64,000 nucleotides of DNA from Nitrospiraceae bacterium (GTDB taxonomy: Bacteria; Nitrospirota; Nitrospiria; Nitrospirales; UBA2166). The notes below the pieces were generated by a model, which saw only the letters and a list, made by a program, of their open reading frames with translations, did not search any database and was not told the DNA's origin. The stretch spans positions 322,635 through 386,634 of the forward strand of contig PBSN01000008.1 of NCBI GenBank assembly GCA_002726235.1, in the 5' to 3' direction. The translations under genes were made by a program, and so were the position numbers. Positions 27,411 to 40,019 of the stretch are shown in pieces (position 1 is the first letter of the stretch; every line of letters begins with the position of its first letter).

Positions 27411-29207
27411 ATTCAGCGACACATTCGGAATTTCGCGATCATCGCGCATATTGATCATGGCAAATCAACCCTTGCTGATAGGTTACTCGAGGTTACCGGT
27501 GCCATCACCTCACGCGAGTATCGGGACCAGTTTCTCGACGACATGGATCTCGAAAGGGAACGTGGAATCACCATAAAGGCACGTGCTGTTCGAACAACCT
27601 ATCACGCAAAAAACGGAATTTCCTACCAACTTAACCTTATCGATACCCCGGGACACGTGGATTTTAACTACGAGGTGTCACGAAGTCTTGCGGCATGCGA
27701 AGGAGTGCTACTCCTAGTAGACGTGGCCCAAGGCGTCGAGGCCCAAACGATTGCCAACGCATCCTTGGCTCTGGAACACGATCTGACTGTACTCTCCATT
27801 CTCAATAAGATAGATCTTCCTAACGCCGATATCGATGGGACCAAGAAGCAAATCGAAGACGTCATTGGAATTGACACCTTTGACGCATTGCAGGTGAGCG
27901 CAAAAGAAGGAGATGGCGTCCAAGACGTGCTCGAGGCAATTGTCACACGTATTCCAGCACCCCATGGCAATGAAAATTCCCCATTAAAGGCCCTTATTAT
28001 GGACTCGTGGTTTGACGATTATCAGGGCGTGATTGTTCTGACGCGAGTGATCGATGGAAGTATTACATCGGGACTCAAACTGCAGGTCGTATCGACGGGG
28101 AAAGTTGTTACTGTCGGTGAAGTCGGTATTTTTACCCCAAAACGTGAGAAGTCCGCTGTACTTAATGCTGGTGAAGTCGGATATGTTGTTTGTGGTATTA
28201 AGCGGATAGGGGATATCACCATCGGGGATACCCTGACCGAAGCAGCTCGCCCAACGGCCAATCCTTGTCCGGGGTATCGCGAACCCAAACCAATGGTCTT
28301 TTGCGGACTCTATTCTTCAGATACTGAATATTTTGAAGACCTCCGGGATTCATTGGAAAAGCTTCGCCTCAATGACGCTTCGATTCGCTATGAGCCGGAG
28401 AATTCCTTAGCGCTTGGTTTTGGTTTTCGCTGCGGTTTTCTTGGCCTTCTCCACATGGAAATCATTCAAGAACGCTTGGAGCGAGAATATGGACTCGATC
28501 TAATCAGCACCATGCCCACTGTCGTCTACAAGGTGACGCTGACTGACAATTCGATCATTGAAGTTGATAATCCTGCAAAGTTGCCGGACCCTCACCACAT
28601 GTTAGGCGTTGAGGAACCGTATGTGGACGCAACAATCATGACACCGGAAGCCTACATTGGCCCCCTTCTTACACTGTGCCAAGAGCGGCGAGGCTCACAG
28701 AATAGTCTCACCTATACAGGCATCGGTCGTGTCCTCCTTTCATATCGGCTTCCGCTTAACGAGATTGTTCTTGATTTCTATGATCGCCTGAAGTCATGTA
28801 CCCAGGGATATGCATCGTTTGACTACGAGTTTGCTGGGTATCAACCAGCCAACGTTGTGAAAGTAAATATTCTTGTTAACGGGGAAATGGTAGATGCTCT
28901 GTCGTTTGTTGCCCCACGAGAGGTTGCACCATTTCGTGCTCGCCGACTTGCCGAGCGGATGAAGGAAGAGATCCCACAACAACTTTATGAAGTCGCAATT
29001 CAAGCTACGATTGGTCACAAAATTATTGTGCGAGAAACTGTAAAGGCCCTTCGGAAAGATGTGACTGCGAAATGCTATGGCGGAGACATTACACGCAAAC
29101 GGAAACTATGGGCAAAGCAGAAAGAAGGGAAAAAACGAATGAAACAAGTGGGGCGCGTTACCATACCTCAGCAAGCATTTCTGGCCCTGCTCAAAATCAA
29201 CAACTAG
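27411..29207 (+). CDS. lepA: Elongation factor 4 (LepA); the likely start is a non-canonical ATT
   Basis: The GTPase G1 motif [22 protein letters not shown] is encoded at 27423-27488, upstream of the first in-frame canonical start (ATG 27543). An in-frame stop lies at 27366. AGGAGA (27399-27404) is followed 6 nt later by ATT at 27411. The rest is full-length LepA. Confidence 0.85.
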   Translation: MQRHIRNFAIIAHIDHGKSTLADRLLEVTGAITSREYRDQFLDDMDLERERGITIKARAVRTTYHAKNGISYQLNLIDTPGHVDFNYEVSRSLAACEGVLLLVDVAQGVEAQTIANASLALEHDLTVLSILNKIDLPNADIDGTKKQIEDVIGIDTFDALQVSAKEGDGVQDVLEAIVTRIPAPHGNENSPLKALIMDSWFDDYQGVIVLTRVIDGSITSGLKLQVVSTGKVVTVGEVGIFTPKREKSAVLNAGEVGYVVCGIKRIGDITIGDTLTEAARPTANPCPGYREPKPMVFCGLYSSDTEYFEDLRDSLEKLRLNDASIRYEPENSLALGFGFRCGFLGLLHMEIIQERLEREYGLDLISTMPTVVYKVTLTDNSIIEVDNPAKLPDPHHMLGVEEPYVDATIMTPEAYIGPLLTLCQERRGSQNSLTYTGIGRVLLSYRLPLNEIVLDFYDRLKSCTQGYASFDYEFAGYQPANVVKVNILVNGEMVDALSFVAPREVAPFRARRLAERMKEEIPQQLYEVAIQATIGHKIIVRETVKALRKDVTAKCYGGDITRKRKLWAKQKEGKKRMKQVGRVTIPQQAFLALLKINN

Positions 29208-29300
29208 TAATGAATAGTTGAGAATGCCGATATCTCATACACATGTCAGACGGGACATCTAACATCTGACATCCGTTTTGGATTCATTCAAGAGGAGCCG

Positions 29301-29948
29301 ATGGAAAGAAATGTTCAGCTAAGCAATACGCATAAGCTAAAGTCAAAGAAGTCCCTTGTGCGTGAGTATGCCGAAGCAATTATTATTGCCATCATTCTCG
29401 CCTTGATCATCCGGACATTTGTTGTTCAGGCATTCAAGATTCCGTCGGGTTCCATGATTCCGACATTGGTCATTGGCGATCACATTCTCGTCAACAAGTT
29501 TTTATTCGGGGTAAAAATTCCCTTTACCGATCGTATTCTGTTCTCATTTGATACACCTGAGCAACGAGATATCATCGTCTTTAAATACCCAGAGGATGAG
29601 GATAAAGACTTTATTAAACGAGTTGTGGGAACGCCTGGTGATCGAATTTCACTGCGGGATAAAGTTTTGTATGTCAATGATATCCCAATGGTTGAACCCT
29701 ATATTCAACATACGGACTCTTCAATTTTGCCAGCTGTTTTACATCCACGAGATAATTTCGGTCCAATCACTGTTCCTCCCGATCAATACTTTGTCATGGG
29801 GGATAATCGAGATCAAAGCCTTGATGGCCGCTTTTGGGGATTCGTAAATCGGGAAAAGGTCAAAGGGAAAGCTTTTTTTATTTATTGGTCGTGGGATCGC
29901 GAAAATACAAATGTCCGCTGGAACCGACTTGGAAAAACTGTCCATTAG
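29301..29948 (+). CDS. lepB: Signal peptidase I
   Basis: S26 motifs PSGSMIPTL, KRVVGTPGD and GDNRDQSLDGRFWG. Confidence 0.9.
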   Translation: MERNVQLSNTHKLKSKKSLVREYAEAIIIAIILALIIRTFVVQAFKIPSGSMIPTLVIGDHILVNKFLFGVKIPFTDRILFSFDTPEQRDIIVFKYPEDEDKDFIKRVVGTPGDRISLRDKVLYVNDIPMVEPYIQHTDSSILPAVLHPRDNFGPITVPPDQYFVMGDNRDQSLDGRFWGFVNREKVKGKAFFIYWSWDRENTNVRWNRLGKTVH

Positions 29949-30089
29949 CAAAATCTTAAAAAAGGCCGTCAGTGGCGTTCTCGACTCGCTGTTGCCTTCA
30001 CGTACTCCCGTGTACGTTCCGGGCACCAATATCCGGCGTTTCTGGAAAGGCCCTCTTGAACATCCTGTGGGATCCTGTTAAGCCATTAC

Positions 30090-31105
30090 ATGCCCACGCT
30101 TGCTACTTTCGTTGAACAATTTCGTTCTGCCGAAGTTCTTGTCATTGGCGATCTTATCCTTGATGATTATATCTGGGGGAATGTTGAGCGCATCTCCCCC
30201 GAAGCTCCAGTCCCCGTTGTTTCCGTCACATCGAGGTCCCAAGCACTTGGGGGTGCAGGAAATGTATTCCACAACATCATCACTCTTGGCGGTAAAGCAC
30301 GGGTATGTGGGGTTGTAGGAGAAGACGAGGCTGCTCAACGCCTTCGTGATGAACTCGAAGCATGTTGTGTCACTGAGCACGGAAAGGGTACACTTGGCCT
30401 CTGCAGTGATTATGAGCGACCCACAACGCAAAAAACGCGTATCATCTCCCACAATCAACAAGTTGTCAGAGTTGATACTGAGCATACGCATGACCTCAAT
30501 GCTGACTTAGAAGCTCGTCTGCTTGAGCAAATTACCAAAAACATTATTCACGCATCCTGTATTGTTATCTCAGACTATGCGAAAGGAGTCGTGACTCTTC
30601 CGATCATGCAAGCTGTTGTCAATATGGCAACGAAACAAAAAATTTCGGTTATCGTCGATCCAAAAGTCGAGCACTTTTCACGTTACTATGGGGTAACAAT
30701 GCTGACACCCAATCAGCAAGAAGCAATGCTTGCAACAGGGGTATGGCCTTCATCAACTACAAACCCTGAACTCATTGAACAAGCCGGGCGCACCATTCAA
30801 AATCAACAGCACTGTGACGCTGTACTCATCACGCAAGGTGAGCATGGAATGAGTCTTTTTGAAATTGCTCAAGAAACACGGCATATCCGAACCACAGCAA
30901 GACCTGTATTCGATGTAACAGGGGCTGGAGATACGGTCATCGCAACCCTTGCTCTCGCACTATCAGCCGGGGCATCGTTCTATGACGCCGCTGTTCTTGC
31001 CACTCAAGCTGCTGGAATTGTTGTCGGGAAACTCGGTACATCAACAGTTCTGCTAGGAGAGTTATTGGAATCCATCATGACATACGACAGAGGAACTACC
31101 AAATA

Positions 31106-31106
<1 letters not shown>
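30090..31106 (+). CDS. hldA: D-glycero-beta-D-manno-heptose-7-phosphate kinase (RfaE domain I only, PfkB family)
   Basis: VLVIGDLILDDYIWGNVERISPEAPVPVV and C-terminal DVTGAGDT. 338 aa with no adenylyltransferase domain. Confidence 0.8.
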
Positions 31107-33498
<2,392 letters not shown>

Positions 33499-33633
33499 GA
33501 TCATCGCTTGCAACGACTCAGGTTGTTTAAATTGTGGCTTAGAACAAGGCACGAGAAGTACAAAACCGAAACGCGGACATCCGAATTCGATCACACAACA
33601 ATGCTGTCATGCGGCAAAAAAACCTGACCTAAC

Positions 33634-34464
33634 ATGAGTCACACGGTTCACATCAGCAACGTTACCATTGGGCACGCAACTCCCCACGTTATTATCGCAG
33701 GTCCCTGCGTTATTGAGGACGAGTCACTGCTCATTGACATTGCCGCGACACTCAAGGATATTACCACTCAGCTTGGCTTTTCCTTGGTATTTAAGTCCTC
33801 GTATGACAAGGCCAATCGAACCTCTCTTGGATCATATCGTGGCCCCGGTTTATTGCATGGCCTTAAAATACTTGAACGGATTCGCAGTCGATTTAATATT
33901 CCTATCTTGGCAGATGTTCATTCAATTGAAGAGATCAAACCCGCAGCTGAAGTTCTCGACATCATCCAGATTCCAGCCTTTCTTTGTCGGCAGACAGATC
34001 TCATTGTTGCCGCCGCGCAAACTGGGAAAGTCGTCAATATCAAGAAGGGACAATTTCTCGCTCCCTGGGACATGAAATTTGCTGTTGAAAAAGTGATAGC
34101 CCAAGGAAACCACAACATCATCATCACTGAACGAGGCACTATGTTTGGGTACAATAATCTCGTCGTTGATTTTCGCTCCCTGATGATCATGCGTACCTTT
34201 GGTTACCCTGTTATTTTTGATGCAACTCATAGCGTGCAGGTGCCCGGAGGCGGCCAAGGTGCATCATCTGGTCATTGCGAATTCATTGCACCGTTGGCCT
34301 GTGCGGCCATTGCCGCAGGATGTGACGGAATCTTTATGGAAGTTCACCCAGACCCTACCAACGCTCCTTCTGATGGCCAGAACATGCTTCCTCTCGAGGA
34401 GGTTGGCCTGTTGCTCACCCGTCTCAAGGCCATTGCAGCAGCAACACACGTCGGAAGCGAATGA
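33634..34464 (+). CDS. kdsA: 3-deoxy-8-phosphooctulonate synthase
   Basis: 276 aa in the DAHP/KDO8P synthase family (IAGPCVIE, KKGQF, DATHSVQ). Confidence 0.9.
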   Translation: MSHTVHISNVTIGHATPHVIIAGPCVIEDESLLIDIAATLKDITTQLGFSLVFKSSYDKANRTSLGSYRGPGLLHGLKILERIRSRFNIPILADVHSIEEIKPAAEVLDIIQIPAFLCRQTDLIVAAAQTGKVVNIKKGQFLAPWDMKFAVEKVIAQGNHNIIITERGTMFGYNNLVVDFRSLMIMRTFGYPVIFDATHSVQVPGGGQGASSGHCEFIAPLACAAIAAGCDGIFMEVHPDPTNAPSDGQNMLPLEEVGLLLTRLKAIAAATHVGSE

Positions 34465-35420
34465 GTATCGAGGATGGGAAGCGAGTCCTTACGATCGAGG
34501 CCCAAGCGATCTTTGCGCTCGTTGCTCGCCTAGACACACAATTTAGTGATGCTGTCGATATTTTGTATCAGTGTCAGGGAAAGATCGTTGTGATCGGAAT
34601 GGGGAAATCTGGTCTCATTGGCGCAAAGCTGGCTTCAACCTTTGCAAGTACGGGGACTCCTGCATTTTTCTTGCATGCTGCAGAAGGTGTTCACGGCGAT
34701 ATTGGGATGATTGATCATAGCGATGTTGCGCTCATCATATCCAATAGCGGTGAGACGGCTGAAATTCTCCAGATACTTACAGCAATCAAGCGGATTGGTG
34801 TGCTTATCGTGACACTAGCCGGTAATCCGCACTCTACGATTGCAAATGAAAGTAATGTGGTTCTGAATGTTTCAGTCAACGAAGAGGCGTGTCCCCTTGG
34901 GCTCGCACCAACAGCAAGTACAACCGCAGCATTGGCGATGGGGGATTCGCTTGCCGTTGCACTCCTGCGCAAGCGCGGTTTTCAGGAACAAGATTTTGCT
35001 CATGTTCATCCAGGAGGCACTCTTGGCAAACGGCTCTTACTCCGCGTTTCTAACCTTCTCCATGAAGAAAAAACGATTCCACGTGTTCAGGAGAATACGT
35101 CAATGAAAGCTGTCATTCTTGAGATGACATCAAAAAAACTCGGTTTGACAACTGTGGATGATAAGGAAGGCCATTTGCTAGGGGTCATAACAGATGGTGA
35201 CTTGCGAAGGGGGCTTGAACAAAACACCAACATTCTATCGCTTAATGCGAAGGCAATCATGTCAACCCATCCGAGAACAATTCACAAAGATGCTCTTGCT
35301 GCGGAAGCCTTGCATGTGATGGAACACTACGCTATCACTTCCTTACTTGTAACCGATCTCCAGGGAAGAACAACGGGTGTTCTGCACCTGCATGATATCT
35401 TGAAATCTGGGGTCATATGA
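34461..35420 (+). CDS. kdsD: Arabinose-5-phosphate isomerase (SIS plus tandem CBS)
   Basis: SIS motif VVIGMGKSG, two CBS domains, and an ATGA overlap with kdsA. Confidence 0.88.
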   Translation: MSIEDGKRVLTIEAQAIFALVARLDTQFSDAVDILYQCQGKIVVIGMGKSGLIGAKLASTFASTGTPAFFLHAAEGVHGDIGMIDHSDVALIISNSGETAEILQILTAIKRIGVLIVTLAGNPHSTIANESNVVLNVSVNEEACPLGLAPTASTTAALAMGDSLAVALLRKRGFQEQDFAHVHPGGTLGKRLLLRVSNLLHEEKTIPRVQENTSMKAVILEMTSKKLGLTTVDDKEGHLLGVITDGDLRRGLEQNTNILSLNAKAIMSTHPRTIHKDALAAEALHVMEHYAITSLLVTDLQGRTTGVLHLHDILKSGVI

Positions 35421-35998
35421 TTACGGAAAGCCCAAAGGGTAACGAAGCCTTGAATTTCCCAAACGCGCTCACGCTCACACGCATTCTCTTAATTCCAGTA
35501 TTTATTTTCAGCGTCGTGAGTTCGCTAGAATATGGCCTTCTGCTCGCGACAGTTATTTTCTTGACGGCATCGGCTACTGATGTGCTCGACGGCTACATTG
35601 CACGACGTCACTCGCAAGTCACGGTTCTAGGACGTCTTTTGGACCCAGTTGCAGACAAGCTATTGGTTATGGCGGCCTTATTTTTACTCGTTGACATGGA
35701 TCGAGTTATCGTATGGGTTGCAATTATCATTGTTGGGAGAGAACTCGCGGTTACAGCGCTTCGTGCCCTTGCGGCATCCCAAAACCTGATTATGGCGGCA
35801 GACACCACCGGAAAATACAAAATGTTTCTCCAAATTGTGGCTATTGTGTCTTTGTTGCTACAAGATGAGGCAATTGCATTTCTTGATCTACACATGTTGG
35901 GATCCTTGTGCCTCTACGCCTCCATGATTCTCGCAGTAGTTTCCGGTATTCAATACACAGTGCAATTATGGAAACATATGTCTTCCAGGCAGCACTAA
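35417..35998 (+). CDS. pgsA: CDP-diacylglycerol--glycerol-3-phosphate 3-phosphatidyltransferase
   Basis: CDP-alcohol phosphatidyltransferase motif DVLDGYIARR...GRLLDPVADK. ATGA overlap with kdsD. Confidence 0.85.
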   Translation: MITESPKGNEALNFPNALTLTRILLIPVFIFSVVSSLEYGLLLATVIFLTASATDVLDGYIARRHSQVTVLGRLLDPVADKLLVMAALFLLVDMDRVIVWVAIIIVGRELAVTALRALAASQNLIMAADTTGKYKMFLQIVAIVSLLLQDEAIAFLDLHMLGSLCLYASMILAVVSGIQYTVQLWKHMSSRQH

Positions 35999-36013
35999 GA
36001 GAACGAGAATAAG

Positions 36014-36622
36014 ATGTGGGTTGACCTTGTTCAGGTTATTTTTGCCTACCTGCTAGGGTCGATTCCTTTTGGATTAATTGTTTCGAAGCTAATTGCGGGA
36101 ATTGACCCTCGAACAAGCGGGAGTGGTAATATTGGATTTACCAATGTTCTGCGCGTTGCAGGAAAGAAAGCTGGAGTCTATGCACTAGTTGGAGATATTG
36201 GAAAGGGGCTTTTCGCTACCCTTGTCATCCCAATTGTTTTTCTAGGACATGTTACGGAACCACGAAATCTTCTCTTTATTGGGTTTGCCGTTGTCATTGG
36301 ACATTGTTACTCTGCGTTTCTTGCTTTTCGAGGAGGAAAGGGCGTTGCCACAGCGCTTGGAGCAATCCTCGGTATTGATCCAGCCCTTGGGCTAATGCTA
36401 CTAGGCGTATGGCTGATCGCCGTGGTCATCTGGAAATTCGCAGCGCTTGGAGCCCTCATTGCCTCAGGATTATTACCAGTGATTATTGCACTATGGGATC
36501 CCAGCATTGATAAACTGGTTTTTGGTTGTGGAATTGCTCTTTTGATATGGATTCGCCACCGAGACAACTTAGATCGTCTCCGTGCTGGGACGGAATCTCA
36601 TATTGGTCCTAAGAGCAGATAG
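36014..36622 (+). CDS. plsY: Glycerol-3-phosphate acyltransferase PlsY
   Basis: 202 aa membrane protein with GSGNIGFTNV and FRGGKGVAT motifs. Confidence 0.88.
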   Translation: MWVDLVQVIFAYLLGSIPFGLIVSKLIAGIDPRTSGSGNIGFTNVLRVAGKKAGVYALVGDIGKGLFATLVIPIVFLGHVTEPRNLLFIGFAVVIGHCYSAFLAFRGGKGVATALGAILGIDPALGLMLLGVWLIAVVIWKFAALGALIASGLLPVIIALWDPSIDKLVFGCGIALLIWIRHRDNLDRLRAGTESHIGPKSR

Positions 36623-37107
36623 TGCGATGGAAAATCCGAAGCCAACATTCTTGCAACATAATATCTATTATCCGACATTGCTGTTATTCGAAAAACTTCC
36701 CTCCCCCCCCATGAGCATTGCCCTCCTTCACGTTACCTCTAAAATCCAACGTTTTACGTGTTACTGGGCACCGAAGAGAATAACAAAAGCGCGTACCGAC
36801 TCGACCTGCAGTCTAGAGCAGCCTATGTGGGGCACTTGAAGTTCACTGCTCTTTCTGCCTTGCTTGAAACCAACATCATTAACCTGAGTCCTTGCACGAG
36901 CACCGCAACATTAATTCAGTGTCACAAGACAACGCTGGCGTTGTCTAAAACTCCCTCTTTTTAAAAGAGTTGGATAGGGGGCGTTAGTAATAGCGAAAAA
37001 CCTTCACAGCTTGAGTGCTGTGGAGAAATTTGGAACACGCAAGAGATGAAAACCAGCATTGACGAGACGATTCTCAACGTGATAGAAACCTCACCGATTA
37101 AGACAGT

Positions 37108-37183
37108 GGGCCGCTAGCTCAGTTGGCAGAGCACCGCCCTTTTAAGGCGGGTGTCCCCGGTTCGAGCCCGGGGCGGCTCACCA
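37108..37183 (+). tRNA. tRNA-Lys (anticodon UUU), encoded CCA, followed by a T7 run
   Basis: Cloverleaf: acceptor GGGCCGC/GCGGCTC, anticodon arm CCGCC-CTTTTAA-GGCGG, T-arm CCCGG-TTCGAGC-CCGGG, then A-CCA. TTTTTTT at 37185-37191. Confidence 0.92.
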
Positions 37184-37458
37184 GTTTTTTTAATCATTTG
37201 CGTCACCTCAGCTCTCCCGTTACCCTCCTCTGTTCCAGTTTTATTCACGGTTTTGAGCCCCTCAGCCTCATTCCAAAGATGGGTCGTGAGTAGCACGCAG
37301 GGTCACATTGACGACTAGGGTAGTTCGTAAATGCTCCGTAGTCCGCACTCTAACATCAGATACTTGGTGTATTGCATTGACCAAAAACTCGCGCTCAAAG
37401 GCGCATAAACAGACTCATCATGATCTGGGTTCTGTGGTCCAGTGAACAGCTCATGGGT

Positions 37459-38325
37459 TCAGGGTTTCAGCCCTTCACACTTCTTCGTAACTATAAGAAT
37501 GTGTTCGGAGAGCTTTCTTTTTTGGTGAGTTTCAGGCGATAAATACAATGTTTTAATTTTCGATCGGGGAAGTTGCGATGTTTCAGCAAAACTCTCCCAA
37601 TCTAATATCCATACCAGATGTTGATCCACACACCCACAATATTGCGCTGAGAAGGTTGCAGCCAGGCAACTGGCGTGCCGTTTCGCTACAAGGTTCGCAG
37701 TGGAGGTTCGCAGAAACTTCTGTGCACTTTCTTTTTCATCCTTGGAACGCATTCCCAACTCCTCGTCTAAGTCGAACCCCGTGATGATTGTCTCAGCGTT
37801 ACGTAGCAGAATTAGTTTGAGCTTCTGTGTTCGCTCAAATTGTGTCTCGAAGATCCTATACTTCGCCACGTATTCATCAAACAAGGATGTCGTCAGTTCT
37901 CTCGCCGTGTCTATTTTACGAATGGCTTTCGCTTCAGGTCCGAGTTTAGACCAGTTTTCAGGAGGTGTTCCATGATCACGAAACCCTTGGATGGTGTCAG
38001 AATATCTTGTCTGAAGCATCAACCTTTCTTTGATTAGCACTATCGTTTGATCACGCATGGCTTCAAATTTTAGACATGCCACAGGCTCAATAAAAGCCTC
38101 ACCTCTCTCAAACCGATCCATCTCGCCAAGGCACTCGTCGAGCTGATCAAGGTGAGGCAAAAACTCATGCGAGAATTTCATAAATTTTGACGCATAGTAA
38201 GAGGGAGTCATGACATCAGCTTGTTCAGCGAGGATATCCCCAGAGGGCCAGAAAAATAGACAGGTGAGGAGGAAAAATGAAATAAGATTATTTGTTTTTT
38301 TTTGAAGTGGTTTATGATTCCTCAT
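37459..38325 (-). CDS. Hypothetical secreted protein (288 aa), no family recognised
   Basis: Long uninterrupted ORF with a signal-like N-terminus KKTNNLISFFLLTCLFFWPSGDILA. The body is predicted helical and charged, with 7 Cys in the mature part. Confidence 0.55.
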   Translation of the reverse strand: MRNHKPLQKKTNNLISFFLLTCLFFWPSGDILAEQADVMTPSYYASKFMKFSHEFLPHLDQLDECLGEMDRFERGEAFIEPVACLKFEAMRDQTIVLIKERLMLQTRYSDTIQGFRDHGTPPENWSKLGPEAKAIRKIDTARELTTSLFDEYVAKYRIFETQFERTQKLKLILLRNAETIITGFDLDEELGMRSKDEKESAQKFLRTSTANLVAKRHASCLAATFSAQYCGCVDQHLVWILDWESFAETSQLPRSKIKTLYLSPETHQKRKLSEHILIVTKKCEGLKP

Positions 38326-38669
38326 TGCATGACTCCTTATTTTCCAGCATCCAAAATATTAGGGTGGTGTGGGTATCAGGGTTTGTCACATTCGCATACA
38401 ACGCCCCATTATCGTTACATCTAGAGAGGAGCATCAGTCATCCAAAAGGAGTTGCTTAGAATAGACGGCCCGGTTGGATCGCAGACAACGTGGGAAGGGG
38501 TGTTCTTTCTTTCAATTTTCAAGTACCCCCTAGGGAAAATCGCAAGTTTAGCAGGTGTTATAGCCCTTGCCTTTTCGCAGAGGAGACTCAATATTCAGTA
38601 AGGCTACCGTCCAGACAATGCTGCAAACTCCTGGAAAGTTAGACGTACTCCTAACACAACACGCAACTT

Positions 38670-40019
38670 TTACCCTAAATGCTGTTTCACCACTGCCGCG
38701 AGTTCGCTGGCGGTGGTATCGACAAGATGTTGCTCTTTTCCTTCAACCATGACGCGGAGTATAGATTCTGTTCCGGAGTAGCGGACCAATACTCGGCCTG
38801 CACCATCAAACGTTCTCTCAACATCTTTGATAGCTTTTGCAAGTTCTGGAATTTCATGAATTGGAGGTTTTGTTTTGACAGGGACATTAATGAGCGTCTG
38901 CGGATACATAGTGATGACATTGGCCATTTTTGAGAGGCTTGTTCCTGACATCTTGAGCATGGTTAGGACCTGTAGCGCGGTGATCAGGCCATCGCCAGTG
39001 GTGTTGTGCTCCATAAAAATTACGTGGCCAGATGGTTCTCCACCAAAAACAAATCCTCCTTTGACCATTTGCTCAAGCACATAGCGATCACCTACTGGAG
39101 TTTGGAGAACCGTGATACCCGCACGTTCCATCGCTTGAATAATGCCAAGATTGCTCATGACCGTTAAGACAACAGTGTTTTTATGCAGTTTTCCATTTTG
39201 GAACAGATCTAATGCCACCATGCCAAGAATTTTATCTCCGTTGATTACTTCACCTTTCTCAGAGGCAAAGATAACACGGTCAGCATCTCCGTCATGCGCA
39301 ATGCCAATGTCTGCACCATGGGTTTTTACTGCTTGACACATCTGTTCGGGATAAAGCGCACCAACCTCATGGTTAATGTTGATTCCGTTAGGTTCATGAG
39401 CCAGCACAACAACCGATGCTCCCAATTCTTGAAGGACGTATGGACTGGTTTTATATGCGGCGCCATGTGCCGTATCGATCACGATTTTCAGGCCGTCAAA
39501 GGTCATACCTTTCGGAATTGAGCGCTTTACATATTCAATGTAGCGTCCTTCCGCATCATCAACCCTGAATGCTTTGCCTATTTCGTTTGCAGTTGGACGG
39601 ATTGCGTCAATTTCACCAGAGAGTACAAGGTGTTCAATTCTATCCTCAATGTCATCGGGAAGTTTTCTGCCATCCCGAGAAAAAAACTTAATGCCATTAT
39701 CTGCAAAAGAATTATGCGATGCTGAAACAATTATTCCGGCATCTGCGCGAAGAGTTCGTGTAAGGAATGCGACAGCTGGTGTTGGCATTGGACCGACCAG
39801 TACAACATCAACGCCCATCGAGCAGATTCCAGATGTAAGCGCGGATTCAAGCATGTATCCGGAGAGACGAGTGTCTTTTCCGATGACAATACGGTGTCGC
39901 CGTAATGTTCCCCTAAACAGAAACGCGGCTGCCCGACCAATTTTAACGACCGTTTCACATGTCATCGGCTCAGTATTGGCCAGCCCTCGAATTCCATCAG
40001 TTCCAAACAACTTCGTCAT
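38670..40019 (-). CDS. glmM: Phosphoglucosamine mutase
   Basis: MTKLFGTDGIRG and the phosphoserine loop SASHNSFADNGIKFF. Confidence 0.92.
   Translation of the reverse strand: MTKLFGTDGIRGLANTEPMTCETVVKIGRAAAFLFRGTLRRHRIVIGKDTRLSGYMLESALTSGICSMGVDVVLVGPMPTPAVAFLTRTLRADAGIIVSASHNSFADNGIKFFSRDGRKLPDDIEDRIEHLVLSGEIDAIRPTANEIGKAFRVDDAEGRYIEYVKRSIPKGMTFDGLKIVIDTAHGAAYKTSPYVLQELGASVVVLAHEPNGININHEVGALYPEQMCQAVKTHGADIGIAHDGDADRVIFASEKGEVINGDKILGMVALDLFQNGKLHKNTVVLTVMSNLGIIQAMERAGITVLQTPVGDRYVLEQMVKGGFVFGGEPSGHVIFMEHNTTGDGLITALQVLTMLKMSGTSLSKMANVITMYPQTLINVPVKTKPPIHEIPELAKAIKDVERTFDGAGRVLVRYSGTESILRVMVEGKEQHLVDTTASELAAVVKQHLG

Noticed and set aside
29243-29280. Hairpin ATGTCAGA-(14 nt)-TCTGACAT followed by ccgTTTTg between lepA and lepB, as a terminator or attenuator.
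   Set aside because: The stem is AT-rich with a large loop and a short U-tract. lepA-lepB are normally co-transcribed, so the evidence is insufficient to call it.
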